From the human T2T-CHM13v2.0 reference genome, Homo sapiens: 64,000 nucleotides of DNA. Below are positions 16,899 through 37,020 of the stretch, piece by piece (positions within the stretch are counted from its first letter, which is position 1; every line of letters starts with the position of its first letter). A program made the translations under genes and the position numbers. The stretch lies in the NCBI RefSeq assembly GCF_009914755.1, contig NC_060947.1. One strand, 5' to 3'. The notes under the pieces are model-generated. The model had not been told where the DNA came from and ran no database searches. It saw only the letters and a program-made list of their open reading frames with translations.

Positions 16899-18239
16899 CG
16901 TGAACGCATGCTGTTCCGTTCCCAAGGCCGGCGGTCGCTGAACGCCCCCACCCCCCGAGTTTGGTTTGTCAAGGATGCCGGTGACAGGGAAGTGGGCAGT
17001 GGCAGGGAGGAGGAGGAGCTTGGGTTCACCATCGGGGCAGGCAGCACCCGCCAGGGGGTTAGTGGGAACAGAAGCCCAGGCGGGACGTCGCACAGTCAGA
17101 AGATCAAGCTCAGGAGCACCCGCCAGGGGCTCGTGGGTGCGGCCAACGTTGGCCGTGGAAGGCTGTGCCCGTCAGAGGACCCCTGAAAACAGTACCGTGC
17201 TGCCCGGCCGGGAGCGTCCGAAGGCGGAGGTGCGGCACCCCAACACGTCCAGTGGCTCCAACACGGGTGCTCCCTGACAACCCTGAGGGTGTGTCCAAGT
17301 GGGGTGGACCCAACAGACAGAGCCCACACTCATGCGCGGAGTGAAAGCAGCCAGGAAACGTCCCCTTCTCCCCCAACACCACCCCCACAAATACCCCCAA
17401 ATATGCCTGTAATTCCTCCACCACCCCTCAGACAACATGCATTTCACACGTCTGTCCTCACTCCCTAAAAACGTGGAAACCTATTTTCTGTAAAATGAAG
17501 CAAACTTCTGTAAACGGAATTCATGATTTCCCAGAAACTGACTTTTTAAAAATAAACAGTCCTCACAGGTGCATCGTCACCACAGCCCCCCACAGAAGAG
17601 CCAGGGCCCCACTGCAGGGCTGAAGGGCTTCCTCATCCAGCCACGTGCGAGCTAATCACCTCATTGACTCTGCGACCAGCGAGCCCGCACCGCCCAGCAC
17701 CTCCCACCATCTAGAGCAAATCCCGCACGAGGCTGATCTCGCTCTTCGCAGGTTAAGAGGATTTTAAAGACACCAGCCTCGCCCTTACCCACTTACAGGC
17801 AAAATGTCAAAACCTGGAAGACAGAGGTCAAAAACTCCGAAGGAGTGCAAAAGTTGATGTGAGATCTTACAGAAAAAATTTCAATTAAAATATCAACAGA
17901 AAGAAGTGGGTCTTCCTCCCCCTTCAAGCAGGATGCCTTGGTTCACCTTGATGTTAGGCCACTAGTTCCAGACTCCTGGAACTGAGTTTGAAAAGCGCGT
18001 CTGATGTGCCACGTGGGTGTGAGGCGCCCGCCACGCACACCCTGTCTGGATGAAATTCGGATCAGATTCGGCCGCAGCCAAACCCTAAATTCTCAAATTA
18101 TACCGGGATTGTCACAGGAAGACTCTTACACGTTTAAATCACATGGTACTCGTAAAACTAACTCATACAATATACACGGGGTACAGACACAAATTTTACT
18201 TCCCTGAGCACTTATGAGAACTGAGATTAAATTTCAAAG

Positions 18240-18515
<276 letters not shown>

Positions 18516-19095
18516 TTCAAAGCCACTGAGTTACTGAATAAAACCACGCTGCATAAATAGTCCGGTATGTGAGTGATATCTCAACCGACTCTTAAGTTAG
18601 CCAGTGGGAAGGAATGCTGGGTATTGCAATAACGCCGGGAAAGTTTCACCCACCCGACGCCTTTACGAAGGGTGAAGGAGTTTCCCGATGTTTATTACCA
18701 GCAATGCAAGGTATATTTAAATTAAAAATCTTTCTGCAGCGAACACTCCCAGGCGCTGACGGCTCTCACCCGCCTTGGTTGATCACAGCAAGGCGCGCAC
18801 TCACAGCCAAAACTCCCGGGAAAGGAGCGAGTGCTCTTTTCAAAGCCCGGTTTTCCTAACAAGCTTGGCACCGCTTCCCACAGAGCAGCACCCGGTTTTC
18901 GGCGGCGTGCGGCCCGAGCGGGTCCCCTGCGCCCACAACTGGCCCTGTAAATCTGGCGTTTGGGCCCCGCCACGCAACAACGGGTGCACGGCCAGCAGCG
19001 GCGAGCGGGGGCCCACGCGGGGCCGGGAGGGCAGGGCTCGCCGGGCCGGGAGGCCTCGCCCGGTGTCGGGCAGCCGCGGGGCGCGCGGGGCTGAC

Positions 19096-19221
19096 CTGCT
19101 GGAAGGCCTTCAGCCGCTTCTTGAACCGAGAGGGCAGCACGAAGTCGCAGCCGCGGGCCAGTGAGGCCAGCTCCTGGCGCAGGTCGGGGTCCTGGCGCAG
19201 CGAGCGCTCGCGGAGTCGCAT
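19096..19221 (-). CDS. PPP2R3B: Candidate alternative first coding exon of PPP2R3B (PR72-like N-terminus)
   Basis: MRLRERSLRQDPDLRQELASLARGCDFVLPSRFKKRLKAFQQ, 42 codons. ATG context ggcggcATG; donor CAG|GTCAGC; phase 0, matching the exon 2 acceptor; inside a CpG island. 34/42 identical to the PPP2R3A PR72 N-terminus as recalled. Confidence 0.75.
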
Positions 19222-19624
19222 GCCGCCGGCGCGCAGGGCTCTCCGCGGGCCGGGCCGGGCGCCGCGCTCTCGGGGCAGGGCCGGGCCGGGGCCGGCGGGG
19301 CGCTGCAGGCGTGGCCCGGGCTCAGCGCGCTCCATGCGTCGCCCGCCAGGCGCTCTGGGGCCGGGGCCCGCGCCGCGCGCATTCCTCAGGCTGAGGAGGG
19401 CGCATGGCGCCGGGGGTGGGGGCGGCCGCCTCTCCCGACCCGCGACTGTGCAGACCCGGCTGCTCCCGGCGCTGCTCTCCTCTCCTCCTTCTCCGCTCCC
19501 TGCACTGCCCTCCGCTCCCTCCGGTCCTCTTCTCTCCTCTCCCCGTTCGCTCCGGGCTGGGCCGTCCGGCCGGGCAAGGGGGCGCTTTCTGCACCGCGGC
19601 AGCCGTCACGTGGCTCGCCCTGGA

Positions 19625-19742
19625 GCGCGCATCAACAGGTCCCCGAGAGGAGAGCCTGGGCGGAACGCGCATCAACAGGTCCCCGAGAGGAGAGCCTGGG
19701 CGGAGCGGGCATCAACAGGTCCCCGAGAAGAGAGCCTGGGGA
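19625..19742. repeat. 40-bp tandem repeat x3 in the intronic CpG island
   Basis: atcaacaggtccccgaga(g/a)gagagcctggg at 19631, 19671 and 19711. Confidence 0.9.
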
Positions 19743-20860
19743 CGGCCTCGGGGACCCAGGCGAAGGCGCTCCCCGCGAGAAGTGAGGTCCCCCCCCTCCA
19801 CGACAACACCAGAGCTGGCTGCAGGCTCGGTGCCGGCTCCGGCTTGCCCCTCCAGAGCACAGGGCACGCCAGGTGCAGCTGCGCCTCCACAAACACGCAC
19901 GGCAGCCCAGACATCCCGGCAGCCCGGCATCAAAGCGCGCCGGCATCTCCGCCCCTCCCCAAACTTCAGGAGTTTCTAGAATACAGCTAAGCTGCAGTGG
20001 GCATCCAGGATCTCGTCTTCTCTGCCACTGCTCACTGTGATAACTGCGCTTGTTTGCAATCGTATTTAGAACAAGAAAAGAGGGGCGGTGGAAAAGGGGG
20101 ACGGGCAACTTTAAATGAGGGTGAGCTGACATTCCGGGGGCCTGCACCTCGATCCCACCGGGAAGGAGACAGGATACCTTCGAGCTGAGGGTCAGAAACT
20201 GGCCACATCCCTGCCAGGCTGAACGCTGTCAGCAGAAAGCCTCCCGGGTCCCCGATCAGGAAGGTCCTGCGTGACCGCCTGCATCTGTTACAGTCAATAA
20301 ACCTCCTTGGACGGGTCACTATCACCCCGAGTCAACAGCGTGCACTGGGCTCTCCCGCTGCCGCACGCTCTGTTGAGTCTGGAAAAACGCAGGATGACAC
20401 GGATCTACCACTGTGGGGTCACGCAGAGGAGTTTCCCTGCCCTGAAAAACGTCTGTGTGGCACTGACGCACCCAACCCCCGCAAGCCCCGATCTGTTTCC
20501 TGTCTCCATCGTTTTCCTTTTTCCGAGTGTCCTAGACTTGGAACCAGAAGTCTGCAGCCATCTCAGACTGGCCTTTTCTTCTCCTGCAACCTTCCACACC
20601 ACCTCTGACGCCCACCACAGCCCCCCACCCGCAAGGCCCCTTCCAACTCTTCTTAGGGGTACGCCCCTCTCCACTTCCTTCTCTTCCACCTCCTTCCCTT
20701 CTCCAGCCATCCTCGGATCCCTCCATCCTTCTCACTTCCTTACTGTCCTTGAGGATTCAGAAGTCGGCCTCTGACCCCCGGTAAGTCTCCAAAGGGAAGC
20801 TTTAAGACAGCACCAGAGGGAATGTGCTCAAACCACCAGGAGACGATTTAAACAAGTGCA

Positions 20861-21200
20861 CCCAGTAACCCACGATGCGGGGCGCAAACTCACAGGGCAG
20901 AGGTGCCGCCCAGTCACCCACGATGCGGGGCGCAAACTCACAGGGCAGAGGTGCTGCCCAGTCACCCACGATGCAGGATGCAAACTCACAGGGCAGAGGT
21001 GCCGCCCAGTCACCCACGATGCAGGATGCAAACTCACAGGGCAGAGGTGCCGCCCAGTAACCCATGATGTGGGGCACAAACTCACAGGGCAGAGGTGCCG
21101 TCCCGTCACCCACGATGCGGGGCGCAAACTCACAGGACAGAGGTGCCGCCCAGTCACCCACGATGTGGGGCGCAAACTCACAGGGCAGAGGTGCCGCCCC
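20861..21200. repeat. 48-bp VNTR, 7 copies
   Basis: Unit CCCAGTCACCCACGATGCGGGGCGCAAACTCACAGGGCAGAGGTGCCG. Confidence 0.93.
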
Positions 21201-21361
21201 TTCAGTTCATATCAGCACTACACACGGACGGCCTCCCAAACGCAGCTAGGGGAACCAGATTGGGAGCCAACCTCCTGTGATCTCCCTCCGAAAGTCAAAG
21301 ATCAAACCCAAAATGCGGGGGAAGCGAGCCAACGGGCGCGATCCTCACACTCAGGCAACAT

Positions 21362-21456
21362 GCCCTGTCCTGCCACGCCAGGTGACACACGCCCTGTCCT
21401 GCCACGCTGGGTGACACACGCCCTGTCCTGCCACGGCGGGTGACACACACCCCTGT
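21362..21456. repeat. 29-bp tandem repeat x3
   Basis: ccctgtcctgccacg..ggtgacacacg at about 21363, 21392 and 21421. Confidence 0.85.
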
Positions 21457-21504
21457 GGACTTTACTGCCAGGTTTCCTCTTTCCGTACAAGACTTTTGGA
21501 ACAC

Positions 21505-21825
<321 letters not shown>

Positions 21826-22004
21826 TCAAAATCCTGAAGTGCACACATAGGCAGAGATTTAGACTCTGACCTGGAGCCCGCCCCCCTGGAGCCCTTGCGT
21901 CCTGTCCCGATGCAGAACCCGCACCACCCGCCCCCAGTGCAGCCACAGGGCTGTCTACACCGGATGGGGGAGGGACAGGGCTGTCCACACTCGACAGAGC
22001 CCCC

Positions 22005-23360
22005 ATGGGGCCATCCACTACCGTGTACAGGGACGGGCCGTCCACAGTGGGGCCGCCATGGGGCTGTCTATACACTACTGTGTACAGGGACGGGCCGTCC
22101 ACACCCAGTGGGGCCGCCATGGGGCTGTCTATACACTACTGTATGCAGGGACGGGCCGTCCACACCCAGTGGGGCCGCCATGGGGCTGTCTATACACTAC
22201 TGTGTACAGGGACGGGCCGTCCACACCCAGTGGGGCCACCATGGGGCTGTCTATACACTACTGTATGCAGGGACGGGCCGTCCACAGTGGGGCCGCCATG
22301 GGGCTGTCTATACACTACTGTGTACAGGGACGGGCCGTCCACACCCAGTGGGGCCGCCATGGGGCTGTCTATACACTACTGTATGCAGGGACGGGCCGTC
22401 CACACCCAGTGGGGCCGCCATGGGGCTGTCTATACACTACTGTATGCAGGGACGGGCCGTCCACACCCAGTGGGGCCGCCATGGGGCTGTCTATACACTA
22501 CTGTGTACAGGGACGGGCCGTCCACACCCAGTGGGGCCACCATGGGGCTGTCTATACACTACTGTATGCAGGGACGGGCCGTCCACAGTGGGGCCGCCAT
22601 GGGGCTGTCTATACACTACTGTGTACAGCGACGGGCCGTCCACAGTGGGGCCGCCATGGGGCTGTCTATACACTACTGTGTACAGGGACGGGCCGTCCAC
22701 ACCCAGTGGGGCCGCCATGGGGCTGTCTATACACTACTGTGTACAGGGACGGGCCGTCCACACCCAGTGGGGCCACCATGGGGCTGTCTATACACTACTG
22801 TATGCAGGGACGGGCCGTCCACACCCAGTGGGGCCACCATGGGGCTGTCTATACACTACTGTGTACAGGGACGGGCCGTCTACAGTGGGGCCGCCATGGG
22901 GCTGTCTATACACTACTGTATGCAGGGACGGGCCGTCCACACCCAGTGGGGCCGCCATGGGGCTGTCTATACACTACTGTGTACAGGGACGGGCCGTCCA
23001 CACCCAGTGGGGCCACCATGGGGCTGTCTATACACTACTGTGTACAGGGACGGGCCGTCCACACCCAGTGGGGCCACCATGGGGCTGTCTATACACTACT
23101 GTATGCAGGGACGGGCCGTCCACACCCAGTGGGGCCGCCATGGGGCTGTCTATACACTACTGTGTACAGGGACGGGCCGTCCACACCCAGTGGGGCCACC
23201 ATGGGGCTGTCTATACACTACTGTATGCAGGGACGGGCCGTCTACAGTGGGGCCGCCATGGGGCTGTCTATACACTACTGTGTACAGGGACGGGCCGTCC
23301 ACACTTGACAGGACCACCACAGGGCTGTCTATACACTACTGTGTACAGGGACGGGGCCGT
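22005..23360. repeat. 56/61-bp VNTR, ~22 copies
   Basis: Unit GGGGCC(G/A)CCATGGGGCTGTCTATACACTACTGT(GTA/ATG)CAGGGACGGGCCGTCCA[CACCC]AGT-like; explains the 416-525 aa ORFs. Confidence 0.96.
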
Positions 23361-24279
23361 CATAGCATTGTTTTTGCACCACAGGCCAGCACGGAATCTG
23401 CGAGGCCTGTTTTCAGCCTGTTCCCCCCAAATTCCTACTCTGAAGAGACAACATTGCCATCTGGGCCGATGAAGCCCCTCACGGCACCCGAATCTCCACC
23501 GTCCCTCTGCTGTCGGGACACAATCTTACCAACAACCTCTAAAGGCTCCTAAAATGCCCAGAAGACCTTTATGCAAAATTTTCATAAAAATCTCTTCACT
23601 TTTCATTCTCACTAAACATACATTTGTTCAGACGGCTTGTTTTAGGATAAAAATGTGTCTTCCATGAGCAAACATAATGGCTTTTCTGAAATCCCAGATT
23701 TGAAAGGCTTACGAAGGCGACCTGCCCTTTGTGAGAAAAAGTTTTTCTGAACATCCAAAGCTAAAAGCATAGCTAGTAACAGGCAAGCCTATGAGACAGG
23801 AAGATGGCCCAGAATCCTGTCCTCACCCTGCAGGTGCCGTCTGCAGAGCACGGCTTCCTCCCTGTTTCAAAGGCCCTGAGAGGACAGGCTCCAGCGGATT
23901 CAAAACCCGTCCACCTCATCTCAGGAAACGGCATGGTTCTCTCTGTCAACAGAAGGGGAGGGAGGGATGAAGCTCTTTACACAGTTTCCATGGTTGCAGA
24001 TTCTCGGAGGTTGCAAGAAGGGTTTTCGACACCTTCCTTCCTCCTCACAACGAGACTCTCATCGGTGCCCACTATGAAAACGTGAATAGGTCGTTGTTAC
24101 GAAGGCAGTGAGAACTGAACGCAGACAGGCACGCACCTGTACAAAAGCTACAGTCCCTGGGCAAGCTCAAGGCTCCCGCACGAAACCTTCAGAAACCCTG
24201 AGCTCCTGCCCTGAGGGTTCTAGGTGCTTTTGTCTTACAACATGTTTGTTAAGAACTTCTAATGAAACGTTAAGATAAC

Positions 24280-24770
24280 CACACCTGTATGTACATGCAC
24301 CTGTGTGTATGCACCTGTGTGTTTGTGTGTATGCACCTGTGTGTGTGTGTATGCACCTACGTGTGTGTGTATGCACCTGTGTGTGCACCTGTGTGTATGC
24401 ACCTATGTGTGTGTATGCACCTATGTGTGCATGTACCTGTGTGTATGGACCTATGTATGTGTGTATGCGTGTGTATGCACCTGTGTATGCACCTGTGTGT
24501 ATGCACCTATGTGTGTGTGTGTATGGACCTATGTATGTGTATGCACCTGTGTGTATGTATCTGTGTGTATGGACCTATGTATGTGTGTATGCGTGTGTAT
24601 GCACCTGTTATGCACCTGTGTGTATGCACCTATGTGTGTATGTACCTGTGTATGCACCTATGTGTGTATGCACCTATGTGTGTATGCACCTGTGTTTGTG
24701 CATATGCACCTGTGTGTGTGTATGCACCTGTGTGTTTGTGTGTATGCACCTGTGTGTGTGATGCACACGC
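24280..24770. repeat. Compound TG-rich simple repeat (tgtgtatgcacc units)
   Basis: Visible directly. Confidence 0.9.
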
Positions 24771-24879
24771 ACGCCCGTGTTTATCTCCAAATACCCTGTT
24801 CTAATGTTCAAGAATGCTGGCACCCGGTCTGATAAAAATCACAGGTTAGGTGGACACCAAAACTGAGTAGCTTCCAGAA

Positions 24880-25770
24880 ATTAGAGAAGAACTAAATAAA
24901 CAGATAGAAACTTAATCAAGGAGGTGCAAGAGGTGTACCCGGGGAAGTACACAACGTTGCTGAACAAAACCTAAATGAATGGAAAGTCCTTTGTTTGTGG
25001 ATTGGAAAATACTGTTAAGGTATCAATTATCCTAAATTGATCCACAGATTCAAAGCAATCCCAATCAAAATTCCAACAGGCTTTTCTTGCTGGAAAGCAA
25101 TTTTTAAAGAACAGGCTTGGACTCACAGTATCTGCTTTCAAAATTTGCTAGAAAGTTACACTAATCTGGAAAGTGCCATGAAGGTGAGGGGATGCACATA
25201 CAGCAATGGGATGGAAATAATAATAAAACAGACGTACGTACTCAACTGACTTTCAACAACACAATTCCACGGGGGGAGAAAAGACTGTTCAATATACGGT
25301 GCTGGGGTCATCCAGATACCTCACCTCATACCACGCAGAAAAACTGACCTGAACTGGATCACAGGCCGAAACGCAAACCTAAAACCACACTGCTTTCTCA
25401 AGATAAATAGGAGAAAATATTTGACACCTTGTGGTATGCAAACATTTTGTAATAAGACACAAAAAATAAGAGTCATAAAAGAAAAAAGTTGAAAAACTAA
25501 ACACTTTTGCTCTTTGAGACACTGAAGAAAACAAAAAGCAAGCCAGACTCAAGAGACATATGCACACACCACATTGTCTTACCAAGGACTTGCCAACAGT
25601 TGTATGTAAAGAGCTCTCGCAACTCAGTGATAACATAACCCAATTTAAAAAGCAAACACACGACCTGAACAGACGCTCGACAGTGGGAACCACATGAATG
25701 GCAAATAAGCACCTGAAAATTCCTCGGCGTCACCAGGCCGCAGGGAAATGCAATCAAAATCGTGCAGTAC
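24880..25770 (+). mobile_element. Old L1 ORF2 3' region remnant
   Basis: 'aaattgatccacagattcaaagcaatcccaatcaaaattccaacaggc' and 'atggcaaataagcacctgaaaa...gggaaatgcaatcaaaa'. Confidence 0.8.
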
Positions 25771-27760
<1,990 letters not shown>

Positions 27761-28818
27761 TCATTTTCACCGCCTCCCTTGGTCCTGCCCCCTATACCCA
27801 ATAAACTCAGTGCATTTCTCAAGTTCCACTACTCACTTCCTCCTCAAAACTTTCTCCAGGAGAGAAATGATGTCTCCCTGCTTTGAACACCTTTGGAACT
27901 TAATTTCCACTTGTTAGAGGCTTCTTGCCTGATTTACAGAATATATCATCCTCTCACATGCACCCAAATGGCCTCGTTTGCACAGACCTGACCTTCCGTC
28001 AATATTCCCAGCCCTAGGAGAATTCATGCAAAGTCACAATAGTCCCAGCCCTAGGAGAATTCTTGCAAAGTCACACAATTCAAGCATTTACCTTAGCGTC
28101 TGGCTGTCATTCAACACGTTTAAGGACAAAATGGCAGCTCATTAGCGATCCCACTGAGAAAGCAAGTCATGGAGGGGAACCATCATTACTAGCACATGCT
28201 TCTTGAGTCCTGGCCCTCCTCTCAACCTCCTCAGTAAATGAGGGATTTGGGCAAGAGTTCCTAAGGTGCTTCAGGTTTTGCAGCTCACTGGGAAAGTGCA
28301 CTGGGCCGGAGCTCAAGAGATGCGTCCTGGGGCCCTGAGTCCCCTCCTGGATCGGGATCTGGAGGGCCTGAGCCAGACGGTCTCCAAGCTGCCTCTAGCT
28401 CTAGTTCACATTTTCATCGACACGTACTTTTGGAAAATGTTCTAGATCCATCAGAAGACATCGGACAACCACCGGTAATTTAGAACGCAAGGAGCTCACC
28501 TCAGATTGCCACCCACCTCTCACTCAGCAAGTAGAGAGGCTGGTCCATTTTGGCTGGAAAACTGTGGTGCTACGTAAATATCACTTTGTGACATGCTTAT
28601 TAGTGCTGCTGATGGAAAGCTGGTGTTCAGCTGAAAATTTTCAAATGGTATAAACAAGTTCCGACGGAACATTCTGAATATTTCAGGCTTCCGTAGTATT
28701 CTCGGGACACCAGACGCACCAGCCATACGTGTTTCTATAACATCTGGAAGCAATGTTTTATCGCTTTAAACTGCATAGTATAAAACGACAGAAAGCATTT
28801 TTAAAAATACACGGCTGT

Positions 28819-31385
<2,567 letters not shown>

Positions 31386-31479
31386 AGGAAGCCTTTCTAC
31401 CTTTATAAATTGTGTGATTTTTAGGTTAACAACTGTCAATGACGGAATGTTCAGTACGTGGGACTTTCTTGTCTGTATG

Positions 31480-32780
31480 TGTGTGGTGGGGGGGGTCGGG
31501 GCGGGGAACAGACTCAATATGAAACCGTTTTGGGGTCTGACGCTCGCCCACCAGCCTCCATCGCGCAGCCACACGCCCACTATGCGACCAGAGCCACCTG
31601 CGCAGTTGTTAGCAGAAGGAAGAGTAACTTACTACTCTCGTCCCTGCGGATCTACGGGTGCCTCGAACGTGGGGCGCGTTCCTGGGGCTGGAGGCGGCGC
31701 CCAGGGGCAGCGCAGGGCCCGGCCCGGGGGTTCCCGGGGGTTCGAGCCCGCTGGGCCGGGGGGCGGCGAGCGGGGCTGTGGGCCAGGCCCCGGGCTGCTC
31801 CCCGTCCCCCGGGGTCGGCTGGTCCCGCCCGGGCGCCTTGATCCGGCGCAGGCAGTCCTGCAGCATCCGCTGCGTGCTGGCCTCGCTGAGCCAGTACAGG
31901 AACAGCTCGTCCACCTTCATCTTCAGGACCGGCTGCAGCACTTTGCCGGGCGGCATGGCGGGGGCTGGGCCCGCGGCGCCCCCGGACGCCCGCGCCCCGC
32001 CCCGCCCCGGGGGCTTCGGTCCGCCCCGGACCGACCTCGGTGATGCGAGCACGGCCCGCTGAGGGGGCGCGGCGCAGGGAACAGGGCCCGCGCCTCGGGA
32101 ACTGCGCGGACTCGCGGGGCGCGGGGACCGAGGAGGGGGCGCGGTCCGGCCCGCGCTGCTCAGGGCAGCTTCAAAACGGGCGCGCCGGCCGCGCTCCCAA
32201 ACAAGGGCGCCCGCGTTCACGTCACTGCGTCGCGTCATCGCGACGATGTCATCACGAGGCGACGCCGCCGCTAGCCACGCGCGCCCCGCGGCCCTCGGAG
32301 CTTTTGCAGGAGGCTTTGGTGGGGCCGAGCGGCTGCGGTGAGGACGAGGGAGGGGCTGTGGCGGCCGTACCGCCCGAGCTCTTTCTGCGTTTAGGATTTT
32401 TAGAGGCGCGGCCCATGGCGGCGTGGCAGTCCTAGAGCTGCCGAAATGCGAGCATGCGCAATGCGTGCCTGCCAGAGCGAGGAGAGGGTGGAACCTCCGC
32501 ATGGAGCATGCGCCGTGCATAGCGGTGGAGGAGCGGAGTTCGGGAGGCCGGTCGGGTGAGCGTGCGCAATGGCTGCCCGCGGGGCGCAAGCCAGAGGCTG
32601 GGAGGTGTGTGAGCGGGTGGGGCTGGAGGACGGGAGTGCGCCTGCGCAGTGGGAGGCACCGGGAACGAGCGAGCATGCGGGGTGCGCGCCCGCCGAGCTC
32701 GGGAGCGAGCGTGCGTCCTACGGGAGCGCGCGAGGAAAAGATCAAACTTTTCAATAACAGCGGGCTACCTGGGACCCAAA
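31480..32780 (-). promoter_or_regulatory. CpG-island promoter of PPP2R3B (canonical start)
   Basis: Very high GC and CpG density spanning exon 1. NRF1-type motifs (TGCGCCTGCGCA ~32637; GCATGCGCA ~32452), CRE/E-box-like TCACGTCA ~32217, GC boxes ~31995-32025, no obvious TATA. Confidence 0.85.
31633..31956 (-). CDS. PPP2R3B: PPP2R3B coding exon 1 (PP2A regulatory subunit B'' beta, PR70), codons 1-108
   Basis: Translates to MPPGKVLQPVLKMKVDELFLYWLSEASTQRMLQDCLRRIKAPG...GTRRSAGTRV, the PR70 N-terminus as I recall it. ATG at 31956-31954 (context cccgccATG); 324 nt, phase 0; followed by the consensus donor GTAAGT (31632-31627). Confidence 0.96.
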
Positions 32781-33177
32781 GGGCCCCGTTTACTTTAGCT
32801 TTGCTTATCAAACAGTAGAGACAGGTTGGAGGAGTTGGACCCCTTTAAACGTTGGTGTTCAGGGATGAGCGTGAAGTGCGTTGAAAATTGCAAAAATCAT
32901 CCACGTCCAGGGAGGTGACATTAGTTAAATAACTTTACCCAATGGTCGTTTTTGTTTCTGCTTTTAACAGTATCCATAAAAACACTGCATTATCATCTGT
33001 CTGGCACACATGCACCTGTTTCCTTTACATCTTGCCCCGCTTTTTATTCATTTTTTATCAAAATAGGGTTTCACCTGGTGTTGCACCCTGTTAGAGAGTA
33101 ATTTCAAGGTCTTTTATGAGCCAGGTTCTCCTACTTCTGAGCTGCATAAATCGAGCCAGACTCAATAAGTAACCCTT

Positions 33178-34080
<903 letters not shown>

Positions 34081-34785
34081 ATTTAAATCACTCATAAACG
34101 ATAGTTTTGTGTTGTGTACATAATGATTTGAATTTCAGTTTGTGTTTCGTGATTGGATATAAAAATCCGAGTGTACTTGGTCAGAAGAGCGCCATCACGC
34201 AGGAATTCTGTGAAGTTATTTCTCCTAATTGGGAAGCAACCGTTTGTGTGTGTGTGCGATGCTGTGATTTCTGGAGGGAAGTGAATATATTAATACAGTT
34301 CTCTGTTTGAGTATGTATCGGACACAGACGTCTTTTCAAGGAACAAACGTGCTTTTCATTCTGGGTGTTTCGATGAGCTGCGAGTCACTGTTGGAAGCAT
34401 CACTGCAGTTTTGAGGGGAAAGGGTTTCCTTTGAATGCCTGCACAAGAGGCCTTTCTCTGCCAGGTTACTGGGGCACAGTGTAGTGAGGCCCAGGGCCAA
34501 CAGGACAGAAATCAACTCAGGGCAGAAACAGAATGCGCCTTCAGTCTGCGCTGGGGCCCGGGGGCCCACTCCGTGCAGGCCTTGCTCTGGGAGAACAAAG
34601 AGGTGCTGTCGGGCCCCCAAGGCTGGCAGGGCCTGAGGTGTTGCAGAGTTTGCTGGGATGTGGCCAGCTGCAATTATCCAAGCTGCTCCACAGCCGGATG
34701 GACGCCCTGCCCATTCGGGTCTGTCCGTCTTGCAGGGGTGGTGGGTGGCCACCAGAATTGTCCTGGGGAGAGAAAGGTGAGGGCA

Positions 34786-37020
<2,235 letters not shown>

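Larger units (their letters stand above)
18740..19960 (-). promoter_or_regulatory. Intronic CpG island, putative alternative promoter
   Basis: Dense CpG and GC-box sequence around the PR72-like exon; GTCACGTGG E-box ~19605; no Alu inside. Confidence 0.7.

Noticed and set aside
19121-19990. 289-aa plus-strand ORF over the intronic CpG island
   Set aside because: Low-complexity Arg/Pro/Gly translation, antisense to the better-supported exon.
21895-23552. ORFs of 416-525 aa and a CRISPR-like look
   Set aside because: Head-to-tail VNTR with no unique spacers and no cas genes; the DNA is human.
24289-24832. Cys/Val/Met-rich ORFs
   Set aside because: Translation of a TG simple repeat.
31957-32811. 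285-codon in-frame extension upstream of the PPP2R3B ATG
   Set aside because: GC-rich island DNA is naturally stop-poor; much of it probably lies upstream of the transcription start, and the peptide resembles nothing I recognise.
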